The notes: generated by a model from the sequence alone, not told the origin. A stretch of 64,000 bases of DNA from an uncultured Anaerolineales bacterium (GCA_964510295.1 CAZEBQ010000001.1:829-64828); one strand, 5' to 3'; shown: positions 1-11,230, numbered from the stretch's first letter. Numbers and translations: made by a program.

Positions 1-919
1 ACTCGCGGTAGCCGGGCACCGTGCCGAGGACCTCAAAGAGACCCTTCATGGGCTTGGCCCAGCGCGGGTACTTGATGAGGGTGGGGGGCTCGTCGTCGTC
101 GGCGATGGGGGCGGTTTCGACGCCCGCCTCGACGCCGGCGCCGGCGAGATCCGAGGCAAGGGCCGCCACCTTCTCCTCGGGCACCCAGCCCTGGAGGGCG
201 TAGAGACGGTCGTCGTCCAACGCGCTTCGGGTGGCGACCGTCCACTCGATCTGTTCCTTCAGCCTCGCACGCTCGCGGTGGAGCGCGCCGACCAGGTGCG
301 CGAGGGCGGCCAGCCGCACGGCGTCGGCCTTCAGGGCCGCGTCAACCTCTTTGGCTTCGGCCCGGATCGACGGCCGGTCGCGCGCCGGCAGCGGAACGGG
401 CTCGGCGCTGTCGGGCATCTCGGCTTCGCCGCCGCGCCGGATGACGGCCACCAGGACGCGTTTGCCGTGCCACGGGGCGATCGGGTCAACGCATTCGGCC
501 TGGATGGCGCCGAGGTCGGCAGGCGGGAGGGCGAAGAAGGCGAGGTCGATGCCGGCCTCGCGGAGGGCGGCGAACTGCTCCAACCGCACGTCGCCCCAGG
601 GGGCGAGTTGCTCCAGTTGCCGGTACAGCGCGGTGAGACGGGCGGTCCGTTCGGCGGCGTTGCGCTGGATGCCGAGGACGTCGGCGGCGGCGTCGGCCGG
701 TGAGATGTCGGGCGCCTCGCCCGCCGCCGGCGTGCCTTCGAGAATCTGAATGGCCCGGCCGAAACGGTCGAGGGCGGCGGTCGTCTCGGCGTCGGCCACG
801 GCGCGGGCGGCGTCGACGGGTTTGAGGTGGACGACGCCGAGGTCGCGCAAGGTCGCGAGGAGCCGATCGCGGTCGGCCTTTCGAGCCACGACGTAGATCT
901 TGCTCATGGTGACGATCAT
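1..919 (-). CDS. atpI: V-type ATP synthase subunit I (a-subunit). Only the N-terminal ~306 codons are present; the gene runs off the left edge of the window.
   Basis: Absent from the ORF track because no stop lies in the window. The reverse complement of 919..1 translates MIVTMSKIYVVARKADRDRLLATLRDLGVVHL...ALQGWVPEE...IKYPRWAKPMKGLFEVLGTVPGYRE, typical of the cytoplasmic N-domain of V-ATPase I subunits. Its ATG overlaps the atpD stop (ATGA), continuing the operon. Confidence 0.6.
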   Translation of the reverse strand, partial: MIVTMSKIYVVARKADRDRLLATLRDLGVVHLKPVDAARAVADAETTAALDRFGRAIQILEGTPAAGEAPDISPADAAADVLGIQRNAAERTARLTALYRQLEQLAPWGDVRLEQFAALREAGIDLAFFALPPADLGAIQAECVDPIAPWHGKRVLVAVIRRGGEAEMPDSAEPVPLPARDRPSIRAEAKEVDAALKADAVRLAALAHLVGALHRERARLKEQIEWTVATRSALDDDRLYALQGWVPEEKVAALASDLAGAGVEAGVETAPIADDDEPPTLIKYPRWAKPMKGLFEVLGTVPGYRE

Positions 920-1590
920 GGCTCGGCGGCCTCCTCGGTGAGGCCGGCGGCGGGGACGAGGACTTCGCGCGGGTCGGCGGCGGATTCCGACTCGCTGATC
1001 TTGCCCTTGGCGATCTTGGCCCGTCCGACGGCAGCCGTCATCTCGTCGCCCAGGTGAATGCGGATGCGGCGAATGTTCTCGCGGGCCGAGGGTATCTTGA
1101 CCTTATCGAAGAGGTTGACTCGCTGGATGATCTTCACCAGTTCCCGGTGCAGGCGGTCGTACTGTTGATCGAGGACGTCGCGTTCGGCCTGGCGGCGGTT
1201 GACTTCCCGGAGGTCGAGCAGGGCCCGGTCCACCCACGCGGGGGTCGAGAACAGGCTGTACGTCGGCTGCGGAAAGACCACGTCTTCGAGGACCGGGATG
1301 GTCACGCCCGCGACGTTGGCGGTGGTGGTTCGGATCTCCTGCGGCCGGGCGGCCGTCTCGACGTCGACGCCGGCCCGATCGGCCAGAACCGCCCGGTAGG
1401 CGTCGAAGGTGCGGCGTGCGGCATCGGCGGCGTCACGGGCGGCGTGCCGTTTCTTCGTCACGTCGCGGACGGTTGCCTGCAACTGCTGCTGCTTCAGTTT
1501 CAGCATGGGCAGGTACCGCTCGAACCGCGCGAGCGCTTCGCGCTGTCGCTTAAGTTCCGGGCGCGTCAGTTTGAGTTTACGTTGTACCAT
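916..1590 (-). CDS. atpD: V-type ATP synthase subunit D
   Basis: Translation MVQRKLKLTRPELKRQREALARFERYLPMLKLKQQQL... matches the V-ATPase D subunit family. The start was moved to the internal ATG at 1588-1590 because the upstream part of the track ORF reads through a non-coding palindrome. Confidence 0.85.
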   Translation of the reverse strand: MVQRKLKLTRPELKRQREALARFERYLPMLKLKQQQLQATVRDVTKKRHAARDAADAARRTFDAYRAVLADRAGVDVETAARPQEIRTTTANVAGVTIPVLEDVVFPQPTYSLFSTPAWVDRALLDLREVNRRQAERDVLDQQYDRLHRELVKIIQRVNLFDKVKIPSARENIRRIRIHLGDEMTAAVGRAKIAKGKISESESAADPREVLVPAAGLTEEAAEP

Positions 1591-1598
1591 GGTCACAC

Positions 1599-1659
1599 GA
1601 TTTCGGATTTCGGATTGCGGATTTCGGATTGGCGCTAATCCGAAATCCCAAATCCGCAA

Positions 1660-1660
<1 letters not shown>
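1599..1660. repeat. Palindromic array of heptamer repeats (GATTNCG x5 followed by CGNAATC x4) filling the atpB-atpD spacer
   Basis: Directly visible as gatttcg gatttcg gattgcg gatttcg gattggc / gctaatc cgaaatc ccaaatc cgcaatc. A 7-nt period is incompatible with coding, and the two halves are inverted relative to each other. Confidence 0.7.
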
Positions 1661-2967
<1,307 letters not shown>

Positions 2968-3101
2968 AGCGTTCGATTCCTCTGCGACCTCGACAAAGCC
3001 AGTCCGTCGAATGTCGAAGGCCAAATGCTCAAGGGTGGCTTCGCCGCGCAGGCCCTGTTGCCGGCCGGTCCTGTCTGTTTCGTGTTCTTCCGCGCATGCG
3101 G

Positions 3102-3136
3102 CATTTGGCATTTATCATTGTTCATTCGTCATTCGC
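3102..3136. repeat. Tandem heptamers CATTNNN x5 (AATGNNN on the coding strand) at the atpA stop / atpA-atpB spacer
   Basis: catttgg catttat cattgtt cattcgt cattcgc forms an AT-rich island in an otherwise ~68% GC region. It overlaps the atpA stop codon at 3122-3124. Confidence 0.6.
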
Positions 3137-4921
3137 GACAGCCTGGAGTTCCGCGTCGGCGTCCTGTTCGGTCGATGTTCCCTCCGCCTTCTGCGGTGCG
3201 TCGACGCCTTTCGTGGCGAGGAACCGGTCGATCTCGGCCTCGATCTGGCGGAACTCCTCGCTGTCCATGGCGGCGAAGTTCCAGTTGCGGTAGAGGTCCT
3301 GGCCCTTGACGAGGCTGCGACGGGCCGTGTCCTTGTCGTCGAACTCGAAGTCGAGGTCGATGAACTCCAGGATCTTGTCGAAGACGCACTGCTGCCGCTC
3401 GGCCGACGTGGCGGCGTCCACCGGGTCGAAGGCGTTTTGCTGAAGGTACACGTTGTCGAAGAACTCGGCCTTCAGCATGACGAGAAAATCGTCGATGCTT
3501 GTGCCTTCCTCGCCGACGACCGCCATCATCTGCTTCACGTCGTTGCCGTGGCGCAGCAGGCGGCTGACGCGGGTGGTCTTCTCGGCGTCGATGATGCCAG
3601 CGTACTTGGACCACGAGTCGAGCGGGTCGATGGCGGGGTAGCGGCGGGCATCGGCCCGGGCCTGGCTCAGACCGTGGAACGCACCGACGACCTTCAGGGT
3701 GCCCTGCGTGACGGGTTCCTCGAAGTTGCCACCCGCCGGGCTGACGGTTCCGCCGATCGTGACGGAGCCGATGCGGCCGTCGGTCAGTTCAACCGCGCCG
3801 GCACGCTCGTAGAAACTGGCGATGCGGCTCTCGAGGTACGCCGGAAAGGCTTCTTCGCCGGGGATCTCTTCCAGGCGGCCCGAGACCTCGCGCAGCGCCT
3901 GGGCCCAGCGGCTGGTCGAGTCGGCCAGCAGCAGCACGTTCAGGCCCATCTGCCGGTAGTACTCGGCCAGCGTGGTGGCGGTGTAGACCGACGCCTCTCG
4001 TGCGGCCACGGGCATGGCGCTGGTGTTGCAGATGATGATAGTCCGTTCCATGAGCGATCGGCCGGTGCGCGGGTCCTGGAGTTCGGGGAACTCGCGGATC
4101 GTCTCGACCACTTCGCCCGCCCGCTCGCCGCAGGCCGCAACAATCACGATGTCTACCTGGGCGTACCGCGACGTGATCTGCTGGAGCACGGTCTTGCCGG
4201 CGCCGAACGGGCCGGGAATGCAGTACGTGCCGCCCCGGACGACCGGGAACATCGAATCGATGATCCGGACCTGGGTGACGAGCGGCTCGGAGGGCATGAG
4301 GCGGCGCCGGGAGACGTTCAGGGCACGCTTCACGGGCCACGTTTGCGTCATGGTGACGGGATGTTCGCTACCCGCCTCGTCCGCGAGGACGGCGATCTCG
4401 TCTTCGATTGTGTAGTCGCCGGGGTCGGCGATGCGGGCGACTTTCAGGTCGCCCGTCGCATTGAACGGCGCCATGATCTGATGCTCGAAGAGGCCTTCAG
4501 GGACCGTGCCCAGCGTATCGGCCGCCCGAACGGTCGCGCCCGCCTCGACCTTGGGTGTGAACGGCCACGTCTTGTCTGTCGCCAGAGCGTCGATGTAGAC
4601 GCCGGGCTTCAGGAAGAAGCCTTCCTGCTCGGCGAGTTGGTACAACGGGTTCTGGAGACCGTCGTAGACCTGCCCGAGCAGGCCGGGACCGAGGGTGACC
4701 GAGAGCATCTCCTCCCGGAACTCGACCACGTCGCCGACCTTCAGGCCGCGCGTCTCCTCGAACACCTGGAGGTCGGCCAGCCGGCCGCGGATGCGAATCA
4801 CCTCCGAAAGGAGCCTGGCCCCGTCGCCGCGACAACAGTAGCCGACGGAGTTCTGCACGACCCGGCCGGTGGTCTCGGCGATGACCATGTTTCCGAAGAC
4901 GGCTACGATTCGTCCGTTCAA
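3122..4921 (-). CDS. atpA: V-type ATP synthase catalytic subunit A
   Basis: Walker A GPFGAGKT is present in ...CIPGPFGAGKTVLQQ..., and the overall 599-aa sequence matches V/A-type A subunits. Confidence 0.9.
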   Translation of the reverse strand: MNGRIVAVFGNMVIAETTGRVVQNSVGYCCRGDGARLLSEVIRIRGRLADLQVFEETRGLKVGDVVEFREEMLSVTLGPGLLGQVYDGLQNPLYQLAEQEGFFLKPGVYIDALATDKTWPFTPKVEAGATVRAADTLGTVPEGLFEHQIMAPFNATGDLKVARIADPGDYTIEDEIAVLADEAGSEHPVTMTQTWPVKRALNVSRRRLMPSEPLVTQVRIIDSMFPVVRGGTYCIPGPFGAGKTVLQQITSRYAQVDIVIVAACGERAGEVVETIREFPELQDPRTGRSLMERTIIICNTSAMPVAAREASVYTATTLAEYYRQMGLNVLLLADSTSRWAQALREVSGRLEEIPGEEAFPAYLESRIASFYERAGAVELTDGRIGSVTIGGTVSPAGGNFEEPVTQGTLKVVGAFHGLSQARADARRYPAIDPLDSWSKYAGIIDAEKTTRVSRLLRHGNDVKQMMAVVGEEGTSIDDFLVMLKAEFFDNVYLQQNAFDPVDAATSAERQQCVFDKILEFIDLDFEFDDKDTARRSLVKGQDLYRNWNFAAMDSEEFRQIEAEIDRFLATKGVDAPQKAEGTSTEQDADAELQAVANDE

Positions 4922-4998
4922 GATTCTTGTCCTCTTGCTCGTTGCCTGGCGACGCCCCCGGCGTATTCAGCGGGGGGTGAATAGACGGTTTGTCGCGA

Positions 4999-5691
4999 TC
5001 ACGGTTCCTCGGCCGCGGGCTTGCTGAGGCGGTGCCATCGGATGAGGAGCATGAGTCTGGCGGCGTAGGCGGCCAGTTCGTCGTCGCTGAAAGAGAACCA
5101 CGCGTCGTGCTCGTTCAGCCACCGCCAACGGGCCGTGTCCAGGATGCGCGTGCCCTCGAGCGGGTTCTTGGCGCCGGCCCAGTGGCCTAGCAGATCTGCG
5201 AAGTCCTCTTCGGCGTCGCCGAGTTCCGGCGCGACGCGGTAGTCGTCCGGGTCGAGGTTGAGCGTCTCGGCCCGCCTGGCCGCCAGGGCGTTGCGCAGGG
5301 CAACCTCGTGGCCGACCCACGCCGCGAGGAACCTGCTCCCCCGCCGGCGCGCCACGGCATCCGCATGGCGAAAGTAGGCTTCCCAGACGGCGTCGGATGC
5401 GATTGGCACCGTCTCATCGCCCTTGGCCGGGGCGAGGTACGCCGGTAGCGGCTTCTCGTCGCGGACCTGGGCGGCGGTCAGCAAGGCCGGTTCGGCGTCC
5501 CGGCTTTCGCCGGTCAGTGCGGCGTCGCGCTGGAGAAGATCGTCGCCGAGCAAGATCGCGTCAACCAACGTTCGCGCCGTGGCACCGTGGCTGACCTGTT
5601 CCCGCAAGGCGGCGAGCGAGAGCGGCGGCTCAGAACCCAGGTCCGCCAGAGACGGCAGCGCGCTGGCCAGGTAGTAGTTCTCTGATGCCAT
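4999..5691 (-). CDS. DUF2764-like protein of V-ATPase operons, sitting where a C/d-type subunit would be
   Basis: A 230-aa acidic helical protein placed between atpE and atpA, as in Bacteroidetes/Chlamydiae V-ATPase operons. There is no TM segment. The assignment rests on synteny plus weak family recall. Confidence 0.5.
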   Translation of the reverse strand: MASENYYLASALPSLADLGSEPPLSLAALREQVSHGATARTLVDAILLGDDLLQRDAALTGESRDAEPALLTAAQVRDEKPLPAYLAPAKGDETVPIASDAVWEAYFRHADAVARRRGSRFLAAWVGHEVALRNALAARRAETLNLDPDDYRVAPELGDAEEDFADLLGHWAGAKNPLEGTRILDTARWRWLNEHDAWFSFSDDELAAYAARLMLLIRWHRLSKPAAEEP

Positions 5692-5700
5692 CTCGGCGTC

Positions 5701-6333
5701 CTACGCCGTGGGTTGCGTCACGGCCCGGTTGAGCATCTCGCGGAGACTCGGATTCACAAGTTCCGAAAGCGCCTCGACCACCGAGGCGAGCGTAACCTCG
5801 ATGTTGGCGCCTTCAATCTCGTACTCGAACCCGGCTTCGGCGAGCGTTCCTTTCAGGTCGATCGACACGTCGCCGCTCTCCGCCTTCTCGTGCAGATGGG
5901 CGAGCGCCCACTGGGTCAATTGGTGTTGCATGTCGGGCGCCACGTTAATCTTCATGAGGATGCGACCGTCGAGGTCGGCCTGGACGTACTGCATGACGAT
6001 GTCGTGCAGCAGGTGTTTGAGGAATTCGGGATCGCCCAGGTGAGGTTCCGCCCCGGCAGCGAGGGTGGCACGGACCGCCTGCGTCAGGGCGTCGCGCAGA
6101 CGCAGCGTGGTGTCCCGGGCCGCCAACTGGAGGTCGGTCTTGGATTTCTCCAGGGCGCTGGCTGCCTCGGCTTCGGCGGCCTCGACAATCCTGCGGGCAT
6201 TGGCCTCGGCCTCGGCGACGATGCGCTCGGCCTTGTCATTGGTGTCGGCAAGGAGCCTGTCGGCGGCGTCCTTGCCGGCCTGGACGCCCTCCTGCTGGAG
6301 TTTGGCGACGAACGATTCGATGGATTCGGCCAT
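5701..6333 (-). CDS. atpE: V-type ATP synthase subunit E
   Basis: MAESIESFVAKLQQEGVQAGKDAADRLLADTNDKAERIVAEAEANARRIVEAAE... has the coiled-coil N-terminus typical of the V-ATPase E (peripheral stalk) subunit and is the first gene of the operon. AGGAGG-like GGAGG sits upstream of the ATG. Confidence 0.75.
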   Translation of the reverse strand: MAESIESFVAKLQQEGVQAGKDAADRLLADTNDKAERIVAEAEANARRIVEAAEAEAASALEKSKTDLQLAARDTTLRLRDALTQAVRATLAAGAEPHLGDPEFLKHLLHDIVMQYVQADLDGRILMKINVAPDMQHQLTQWALAHLHEKAESGDVSIDLKGTLAEAGFEYEIEGANIEVTLASVVEALSELVNPSLREMLNRAVTQPTA

Positions 6334-6593
6334 GTCGGCCTCCGTTGATGCGCTGGGCTTATCCTATAATAATCGTCTTCTGCCGGGGTCACCTTGAGGG
6401 ACGTTTCGGCCTGTTCGTGCGGCGTGGCTTGGCGGTGCGCCGGGGTTTTGGGAGTGTCCGGATGACAGCGGCGGTCATCCCAAGCGCCGACCCGCACGAA
6501 GCGGCGGTCAAGCGGGATGCCGTTTCCCCCACCCCCGTCACATGCCCCGCCCTCGGCGTCAGTCGCATCTGCCGAAGCCCCCGGGGCCGGGAT

Positions 6594-6622
6594 TCAATAC
6601 CACCATCGGCGATTCATGTCAA
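6594..6622 (-). promoter_or_regulatory. Putative sigma70-type promoter of the V-ATPase operon (TTGACA-17-TATTGA read on the minus strand)
   Basis: The reverse complement of 6594-6622 reads ttgaca tgaatcgccgatggtgg tattga. It lies ~260 nt upstream of the atpE start and is weak evidence only. Confidence 0.25.
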
Positions 6623-6766
6623 GCAAGACCGACAATTTCAGGCGCAAGCGTGTGTGGCGACGACGCGCGGGCCGTGACGCCGCCGGCCGCCTTGCCGCCC
6701 TCGATTCGCACGACGGCGCCCGTTTCCCGTTTGAGCATTCCGAAGCCACCCCGTCTGAAGCCGGTC

Positions 6767-7591
6767 TCACCTGAGCGACCGGACCTTGGTTGCCTGTCGC
6801 AGGACCACGCTGTACGGCGCGTGCACGTTGAGCCGCAGGTTGAGGAACCGGCCGAGCGGCCCGTCGGAGGTCAGGATAATGTGTCGCGACGTCGGCGTCT
6901 TGATCCCCGGCATGGCGCTCTGATGGCCCGTGACGAGAATCTCGGCGTCGACGCTCCTGGCGAACTCGTCGGCGGCCGCCTGATCGTGATTGCGTCCCCA
7001 GACCAGGGCGTAGACGCTGCCGCCCGGCAGGTAATCGTCCATCGTCAGCGACCGCTCGAAGACGGTGTAGTCGAAGTGCGGCAGGGCGTCGCCCTGAGGC
7101 GTGGAGTGGCTGATGAGGACGCCGGTCGGCGTCCGGACGGCAAGCGGCAGGGCCGACAGGAACCGCCGGTACGCCCCGTGGACCTCCGGCCAGGCCGGGC
7201 CGTAGGCGTTCTCAATGCCTTTCCAGAAGGGCGAGGTGACGTTGCGGCCGCCCTTCGAGACGATGGACCCGAGGATTTCACACAGGTCGTGGTTCGACAG
7301 CACCATCTGGACCTGCGATTTGTGCCGGCACTTCAGAGCCGCTGCCTCCTCGAGCAGCCGGAAACTCACCTCGCCGCCCCCCTCGTCCGTCGGCCCGCCG
7401 TGGATCAGTTCCTGGAGAATCAGGTAGCGGTCCTTGTGCAGGTGGAGTGCCGACCACTCGACGACTTGGTCGAAATTGTCGCGGTCGCCGTGCAGGTCGC
7501 CCAGGACCACCATGTCGCCCTTCTCGGGAAGACGGACAATGTTGCCGCGCCGCAACGGGTCGCGCCGCATCAGGATCGCCGCGCGGTCCAT
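6767..7591 (-). CDS. Metallophosphoesterase (calcineurin-like PPP/ApaH-type phosphatase)
   Basis: GDLHGD ... GNHD-type motifs appear in ...MVVLGDLHGDRDNFDQVVEWS...MVLSNHD.... The start was chosen at an internal Met because the longer track ORF (to 7816) runs into a repeat element. Confidence 0.6.
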   Translation of the reverse strand: MDRAAILMRRDPLRRGNIVRLPEKGDMVVLGDLHGDRDNFDQVVEWSALHLHKDRYLILQELIHGGPTDEGGGEVSFRLLEEAAALKCRHKSQVQMVLSNHDLCEILGSIVSKGGRNVTSPFWKGIENAYGPAWPEVHGAYRRFLSALPLAVRTPTGVLISHSTPQGDALPHFDYTVFERSLTMDDYLPGGSVYALVWGRNHDQAAADEFARSVDAEILVTGHQSAMPGIKTPTSRHIILTSDGPLGRFLNLRLNVHAPYSVVLRQATKVRSLR

Positions 7592-7825
7592 GCGGTCCAC
7601 GATCTGGCCGATACCCGGGTGGGCGTTGCCGAGGTGGATGTCCCAATCGTTCTGACCGTCCTGGGGCTGCGTCACCGCGGTACTCCTCGGCACAGCGTGC
7701 GGCTGCTGGAACCACCACGCTACGTGGCCTTGTGTGCCCGCCTGGTTGCCTTCCGCGGCCACCGGGAAGCATCGCCACGACCATTCGCCGCGCCCTGCGA
7801 AGGCCGCCGCGCCCAAAGCAGCGCA

Positions 7826-7957
7826 CTACGCCTAATCCTACAACGCTACTTCGCCTTCTTGTCCGCCTGGTGGCCTTCCCAGGCCACCAGGAACAGGCAT
7901 AAACTGCGTTCGCGGCGGCCTGGGAAGGCCGCCGCGCGGAACGTAGCGTCGTAGTAC
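7826..7957. repeat. Nested palindromic intergenic repeat (REP/MITE-like), copy 1
   Basis: Two hairpins, ctggtggccttcccaggccaccag and gcggcggcctgggaaggccgccgc, are flanked by outer inverted arms cctacaacgctacttcg / cgaacgtagcgtcgtag. The element is related to copies at 38680, 39434, 41426, 51603, 57011 and 62572. Confidence 0.65.
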
Positions 7958-8667
7958 TAACGGCCCGGCCGCGTCTGAAGGTGACGTTTCAGACGGACCG
8001 CCCTCAAATCCATCAGGAACGCCTCCAGCGGGAACAGGCGTCCGGGACACTTCGTGTTCTTGAGTTCGCCGTGGCCGACGACGTTGCCGGGCCCGATGTC
8101 GTAACGGTTGCCGAGGGCCAGCACGAGCATCTCGAGAGAGGCCATCTGGGCAGGGGTCGGCGGCGCCAACTCAAAATTGCCGACCAGGCAGATGCCGATC
8201 CCCTCCCGGTTGAACTCAGGATGGTGCGACACCTTGGCGTGAGCGCCCGGGCGCTGCTCGATCCATCGCTCGGTCGGGGTAATCTTGCCATCGGCGGTGC
8301 CCGGCGCGCGGCCGTTGTTGATGACGAAGTGGTAGCCGACTCCCTCGAACCCCTTGCCAATGTGGTTGTGTTTAATGGCATTGAGCGTTGCCGACGGCGT
8401 GGCCGTGTGGTGGACCACGATGTACTGCCATGTCCGGTTCGGCGCCATACCGGCGGGCCAGATGAGCGTCTGGATGGCCGAGGCGTCCGGCAGAACCTCG
8501 CCTTGGGGCGGTGGACGCTTCTCGATCATGTGAACCGAGGCGGCCCAACAGGCCAAGGCGGCCACCGTCATGGCGACGGCCAGCAGCCCCCAGACCTTCA
8601 GCATCCGGGCCACGTCTATTCTCGCGGGCGCCGGGGGAGGCACGACCGTCTGTGGGTTGTCCGTCAT
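7957..8667 (-). CDS. N-acetylmuramoyl-L-alanine amidase (amidase_2 / AmpD-PGRP family) with an N-terminal TM anchor
   Basis: WQYIVVHHTA...GYHFVINNGRAPG...HAKVSHHPEFNREGIGICLVGNF is the classic amidase_2 signature. Confidence 0.8.
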   Translation of the reverse strand: MTDNPQTVVPPPAPARIDVARMLKVWGLLAVAMTVAALACWAASVHMIEKRPPPQGEVLPDASAIQTLIWPAGMAPNRTWQYIVVHHTATPSATLNAIKHNHIGKGFEGVGYHFVINNGRAPGTADGKITPTERWIEQRPGAHAKVSHHPEFNREGIGICLVGNFELAPPTPAQMASLEMLVLALGNRYDIGPGNVVGHGELKNTKCPGRLFPLEAFLMDLRAVRLKRHLQTRPGR

Positions 8668-8879
8668 GGCACGCTCACTTCATCGGTGCAGGTCGCAGCC
8701 GCCGGCCACCCTATTATAGTTCCACCCCGCCGGGCCGTCCAGACAGGATTCGTCGTGGACTTGTGGCGCCCGGTGTGCGATGGATATGATGTGCGGTCCC
8801 GGACGGCCGGCGATCAAGACGCCGGCCCCGTGCAGTCGTACAACTACAGACCCGACGTGCAACCGGCCGAGATAAGGGT

Positions 8880-10433
8880 GTGAACGTGCTTTGGCGGAAA
8901 CGGATCCTGCTGGCGGCGTTGTGCGCTGTTGCCCTCGCGGCGTGGAGCCGACCGTCTGCGCGCGCCGCCGAACCGGTCAGCCCCGTTGCGGTCCGCACGG
9001 CGGCCGGCCCGCAGGTGTGTCTGGTGACGGCCGAGGGTCCGCTCGGCCTGCCGGCGGCCTACGCCACCGGCTTTCTGTTCGGAAACGGCAAGTTCGTCGT
9101 GACCGATCTGGCCTCGGTGGCGCAGCCGGGCGTGACGCAGGTGACCCTCCGGTTTCAGGACGGCACCACGACCGTCTGCCGCGAGTTCGGCATGGCCGAC
9201 CCTGCCATCAGTCTGGTGGCTATCCACGTGGCGAAGCCAAGGGAAGACGCCGGTGGCCTGACGCTCTCAACCGAGACGCCGACGGATGAGGACCGCACGC
9301 CGGCCGTGGCCCTCGGGTGGAAATGGGGACGGCAACTCGACCTGACCATCGGCCAACTGACGAACGGCGTTTCCGGCGCCGCCCTTGCCGAACGACTGCA
9401 GATCGCGGTGCCCGCAGGCCCGCTGAGGTTCCTGGTCTTCCTCAATCCGACGCATGAGATCGCGCCCGGCGCCCCGATCATCGACGGCGGGGGACGTGTG
9501 GCGGGTATCCTCGTCGACGTCCTGGGTTCCGAGAAGACCCTCGCGGTGCCGGCCCCGCTTCTGCGGGCCGCGCTGCTGACGGCCGGGGCACAACTGAAGC
9601 CGCTCTCGCATCTCCCCAAGCCGATCTGGCCCACCGTCGTCCAGGACCTCGCCGGCAAGCCGACTACCCCGCAGGGGTTCGCGGCAGCCGTGCGGGCGGT
9701 CAAGACACGCAGCCGATGCCGGCAATGCAAAGGCAGCGGCAAGGTCGTTGTCCGGAAAGTCGTCGGCTACAACCGCTTCGGCGGCCTCTCGCAGCCCATC
9801 TACGAAAACGTCACCAAGGTCTGCACCGCGTGTCAGGGGGAAGGCGTGGTCTGCGGCAAAGGGCTCTACGCCTACTTCGCCCGCATGGCCGAGGGGGCGA
9901 CGCGGCTGCTGGCCTCGCCTGCCACACCCGAGAAGGCCAGGGTGGCCGCCATCGCCAACGGCCGGAGCCTTCTCGACGCACTCGGAAAGATCGGTCGCCA
10001 CTATCGCGACGATCTCATTGCCCAGGCCAAGGTTGACCTGTCGAAGCCCGGCGGGACGTTCCCGCGCGGTGTCGTCGTCTACGCCCAACTGCGCAAGGAC
10101 GTCAAGGGACCGGACGGCACGTACACGCTGCTGGCGCCTCACAAGTCGGCCACGGACCTGGTTGTCCGGTCGGACCGGCTCCGGGCAGCGCTCGGCGAGA
10201 AGGCGGACCCCAAGGACGCCGGACCCGTCGAGGGCGACTGGATCGTCCTGGCGGGGCTGGCCGAGGGCACGGTCACACTCAAAGGCCGGCAACCGGTTTA
10301 TCTCAGACCGTTCGGATGGACCTGGGGACCGAGCCTGGGCCCGCGTCCCGCTACGGCGCCGCCGTCAACGCATACCGGACGCCCGCACCATAAGGGTCCG
10401 AAGAAGGGCGAGCCGAGTTTCTTCGGCCTGTGA
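8880..10433 (+). CDS. Secreted protein combining a degenerate DegP/trypsin-like (S1C) domain with a DnaJ-type CxxCxGxG zinc finger
   Basis: A signal peptide MNVLWRKRILLAALCAVALAAWS is followed by GFLFGNGKFVVTDLASV and GAPIIDGGGRVAGILV, which align with S1C motifs but lack the catalytic His and Ser. CRQCKGSGKV and CTACQGEGVV repeats follow. Confidence 0.5.
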   Translation: MNVLWRKRILLAALCAVALAAWSRPSARAAEPVSPVAVRTAAGPQVCLVTAEGPLGLPAAYATGFLFGNGKFVVTDLASVAQPGVTQVTLRFQDGTTTVCREFGMADPAISLVAIHVAKPREDAGGLTLSTETPTDEDRTPAVALGWKWGRQLDLTIGQLTNGVSGAALAERLQIAVPAGPLRFLVFLNPTHEIAPGAPIIDGGGRVAGILVDVLGSEKTLAVPAPLLRAALLTAGAQLKPLSHLPKPIWPTVVQDLAGKPTTPQGFAAAVRAVKTRSRCRQCKGSGKVVVRKVVGYNRFGGLSQPIYENVTKVCTACQGEGVVCGKGLYAYFARMAEGATRLLASPATPEKARVAAIANGRSLLDALGKIGRHYRDDLIAQAKVDLSKPGGTFPRGVVVYAQLRKDVKGPDGTYTLLAPHKSATDLVVRSDRLRAALGEKADPKDAGPVEGDWIVLAGLAEGTVTLKGRQPVYLRPFGWTWGPSLGPRPATAPPSTHTGRPHHKGPKKGEPSFFGL

Positions 10434-10495
10434 CTCTGCCGGCCGATCACGGGCGGCGCTGGACACCGGGCCCGAGATCCGGTACATTCGGCGCG

Positions 10496-11140
10496 ATGGC
10501 TGCAGACCCCGATTGCGTAACTGTGGCAAAGCGGCAGACTCGCCGGGACGTGGCCGAGGCGGTGGCGCGACTCACGCCCGGCCGGCGGCGGGAGGCGAGC
10601 GCGGCGGTGGCCGGGAACCTGGCCGGCGTGCCCGACGTGGCCGAGGCCCGGACGCTGATGGCCTTTCTGTCGCTGCCCACCGAGATCGACACCTGGCCGC
10701 TCATCCGCTGGGCGTGGCGCCAGGGGAAACGAGTGACAATTCCCCGGATCGAGCCCGCTACGGACGCCGGCGACGCTGCGCGTGACCGGCTGAACATGGT
10801 GGCCGTACTCCTCGGGGAGGCGGACGTAGCCGAAGCGAGCACTCACCCGGCCGTGTGCCCGGGGCCGCTCGGCATCCTGGGCGTTCCGGGTGCCCCGGTG
10901 ATGCCGCCCGGTGAGATCGACGTGGTCCTGCTGCCGTGTCGGGCGGTGGACCGGCGGGGGAACCGTCTTGGCAAGGGCGGCGGGTTCTACGACCGCTTTC
11001 TGGCCCAGGCCGGCCTGCGGGCAACGCGGATCGCCATCGGCTTCCGCGAGCAGGTGCTCGACGAGGTGCCCGTCGCCGACCACGACCAGCCGATCGACAT
11101 GGTCGTGACCGACGACGAGATTCTCGCCTTCGGGCGTTAG
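10496..11140 (+). CDS. 5-formyltetrahydrofolate cyclo-ligase
   Basis: GKGGGFYDRFL and the overall ~215-aa layout match the MTHFS/YgfA family. The start was set at the in-frame ATG 10496 (MAADPD...). Confidence 0.75.
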   Translation: MAADPDCVTVAKRQTRRDVAEAVARLTPGRRREASAAVAGNLAGVPDVAEARTLMAFLSLPTEIDTWPLIRWAWRQGKRVTIPRIEPATDAGDAARDRLNMVAVLLGEADVAEASTHPAVCPGPLGILGVPGAPVMPPGEIDVVLLPCRAVDRRGNRLGKGGGFYDRFLAQAGLRATRIAIGFREQVLDEVPVADHDQPIDMVVTDDEILAFGR

Positions 11141-11230
11141 CCGCGGCGCGGGCCCATAATGTTGTGACGTGTTAGCCGCGCGGCTTGCCCCGTGCGTGAT
11201 GAGTTTGACCCAGGAAGGAGTGCCTCTGGC

